DNA from: Octopus sinensis
Taxonomy: Eukaryota
Assembly: GCF_006345805.1 (NCBI RefSeq)
Contig: NC_043001.1
Location: forward strand, 129,704,001 to 129,768,000
Reading direction: 5' to 3'
Length of the DNA stretch: 64,000 bases
In this document: one piece after another, positions 63,558-64,000 of the stretch
Layout: every line of letters begins with the position of its first letter
Position numbering within the stretch: the first letter of the stretch is position 1
Program-made: the position numbers and the translations under genes
Notes under the pieces: generated by a model
Databases searched by the model: none
Told to the model about the DNA's origin: nothing
What the model saw: only the letters and a program-made list of their open reading frames with translations

Positions 63558-63835
63558 GTTCTAGTTGATCTGATCAATGGAACAGCCTGCTCATGAAATT
63601 AACACATGCATGTGGCTGAACACTCCATAGACATGCACACCCTTAATTGGAGAGATTCAGCATGACACAGAATGTGACAAAGCTGGCCATTTGGAATACA
63701 GGTACAACTCATTTTTGCTAGCTGAGTGGACAGGAGTAACGTGAAATAATGTCTTGCTCAAGGATATTATGTGCCACAGGGAATTGAACTCATGGCTTTA
63801 TGATTGTGAGTTGAATAACCTAACCACTAAGTCAC
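63558..63835 (-). mobile_element. SINE family D carrying the family C type 2 tail
   Basis: Minus strand: TTAGTGGTTAGG head, CCTTGAGCAAGACA...CCACTCAGCT.GCAAAAATGAGT, then GTACCTGTATTCCAAA...GAGCAGGCTGTTCCATTGATC. Confidence 0.75.
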
Positions 63836-64000
63836 ATGTCTTCACTAACTTTCACTTTACAGTTATTTATACTCTTATTCTAAGGTGGAGTGATCCAAAC
63901 ACAGGACTTCATCAGTATGGCTATACAGCTTGTGAGACATTGGGCAGTAAATGGCAGATGATGTACTATTACCCTTTTTGAACATAGAAATAACACTAGA

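Overview
AT-rich eukaryotic DNA, most likely from an octopod cephalopod. This is inferred from the tRNA-headed SINE families, (GAT)n-tailed RTE 3' ends and very high microsatellite load. The window looks like intron or intergenic sequence; I could not identify an intact host gene. Nearly all long ORFs in the supplied track are microsatellite artefacts. The window is a mosaic of: at least four SINE architectures (>30 copies or fragments); decayed LINEs (three RTE-type families and one CR1 3' end); two decayed DD37D (maT-type) Tc1/mariner transposons; two Helitron/Helentron-like non-autonomous elements; one hAT MITE with an 8-bp TSD; several minisatellites; and a 100-N gap. The most interesting signals: (1) five short (TA)n-associated elements each carry a minus-strand minimal type-I hammerhead-ribozyme-like motif (CUGANGA...GAAAC plus a palindromic stem III), typical of Penelope-like elements; (2) one SINE family repeatedly joins to itself at a GGTA junction, giving 184-bp tandem arrays and nested copies; (3) many fold-back palindromes derive from different elements; (4) a 26/28-bp tandem array is built from STAT-like and kappaB-like motifs; (5) there are weak, phase-compatible plus-strand exon candidates (31461-31480, 54008-54048, 62062-62101) near a TE-poor, motif-rich region at 52-54 kb. 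Family letters A-D are my own working labels.
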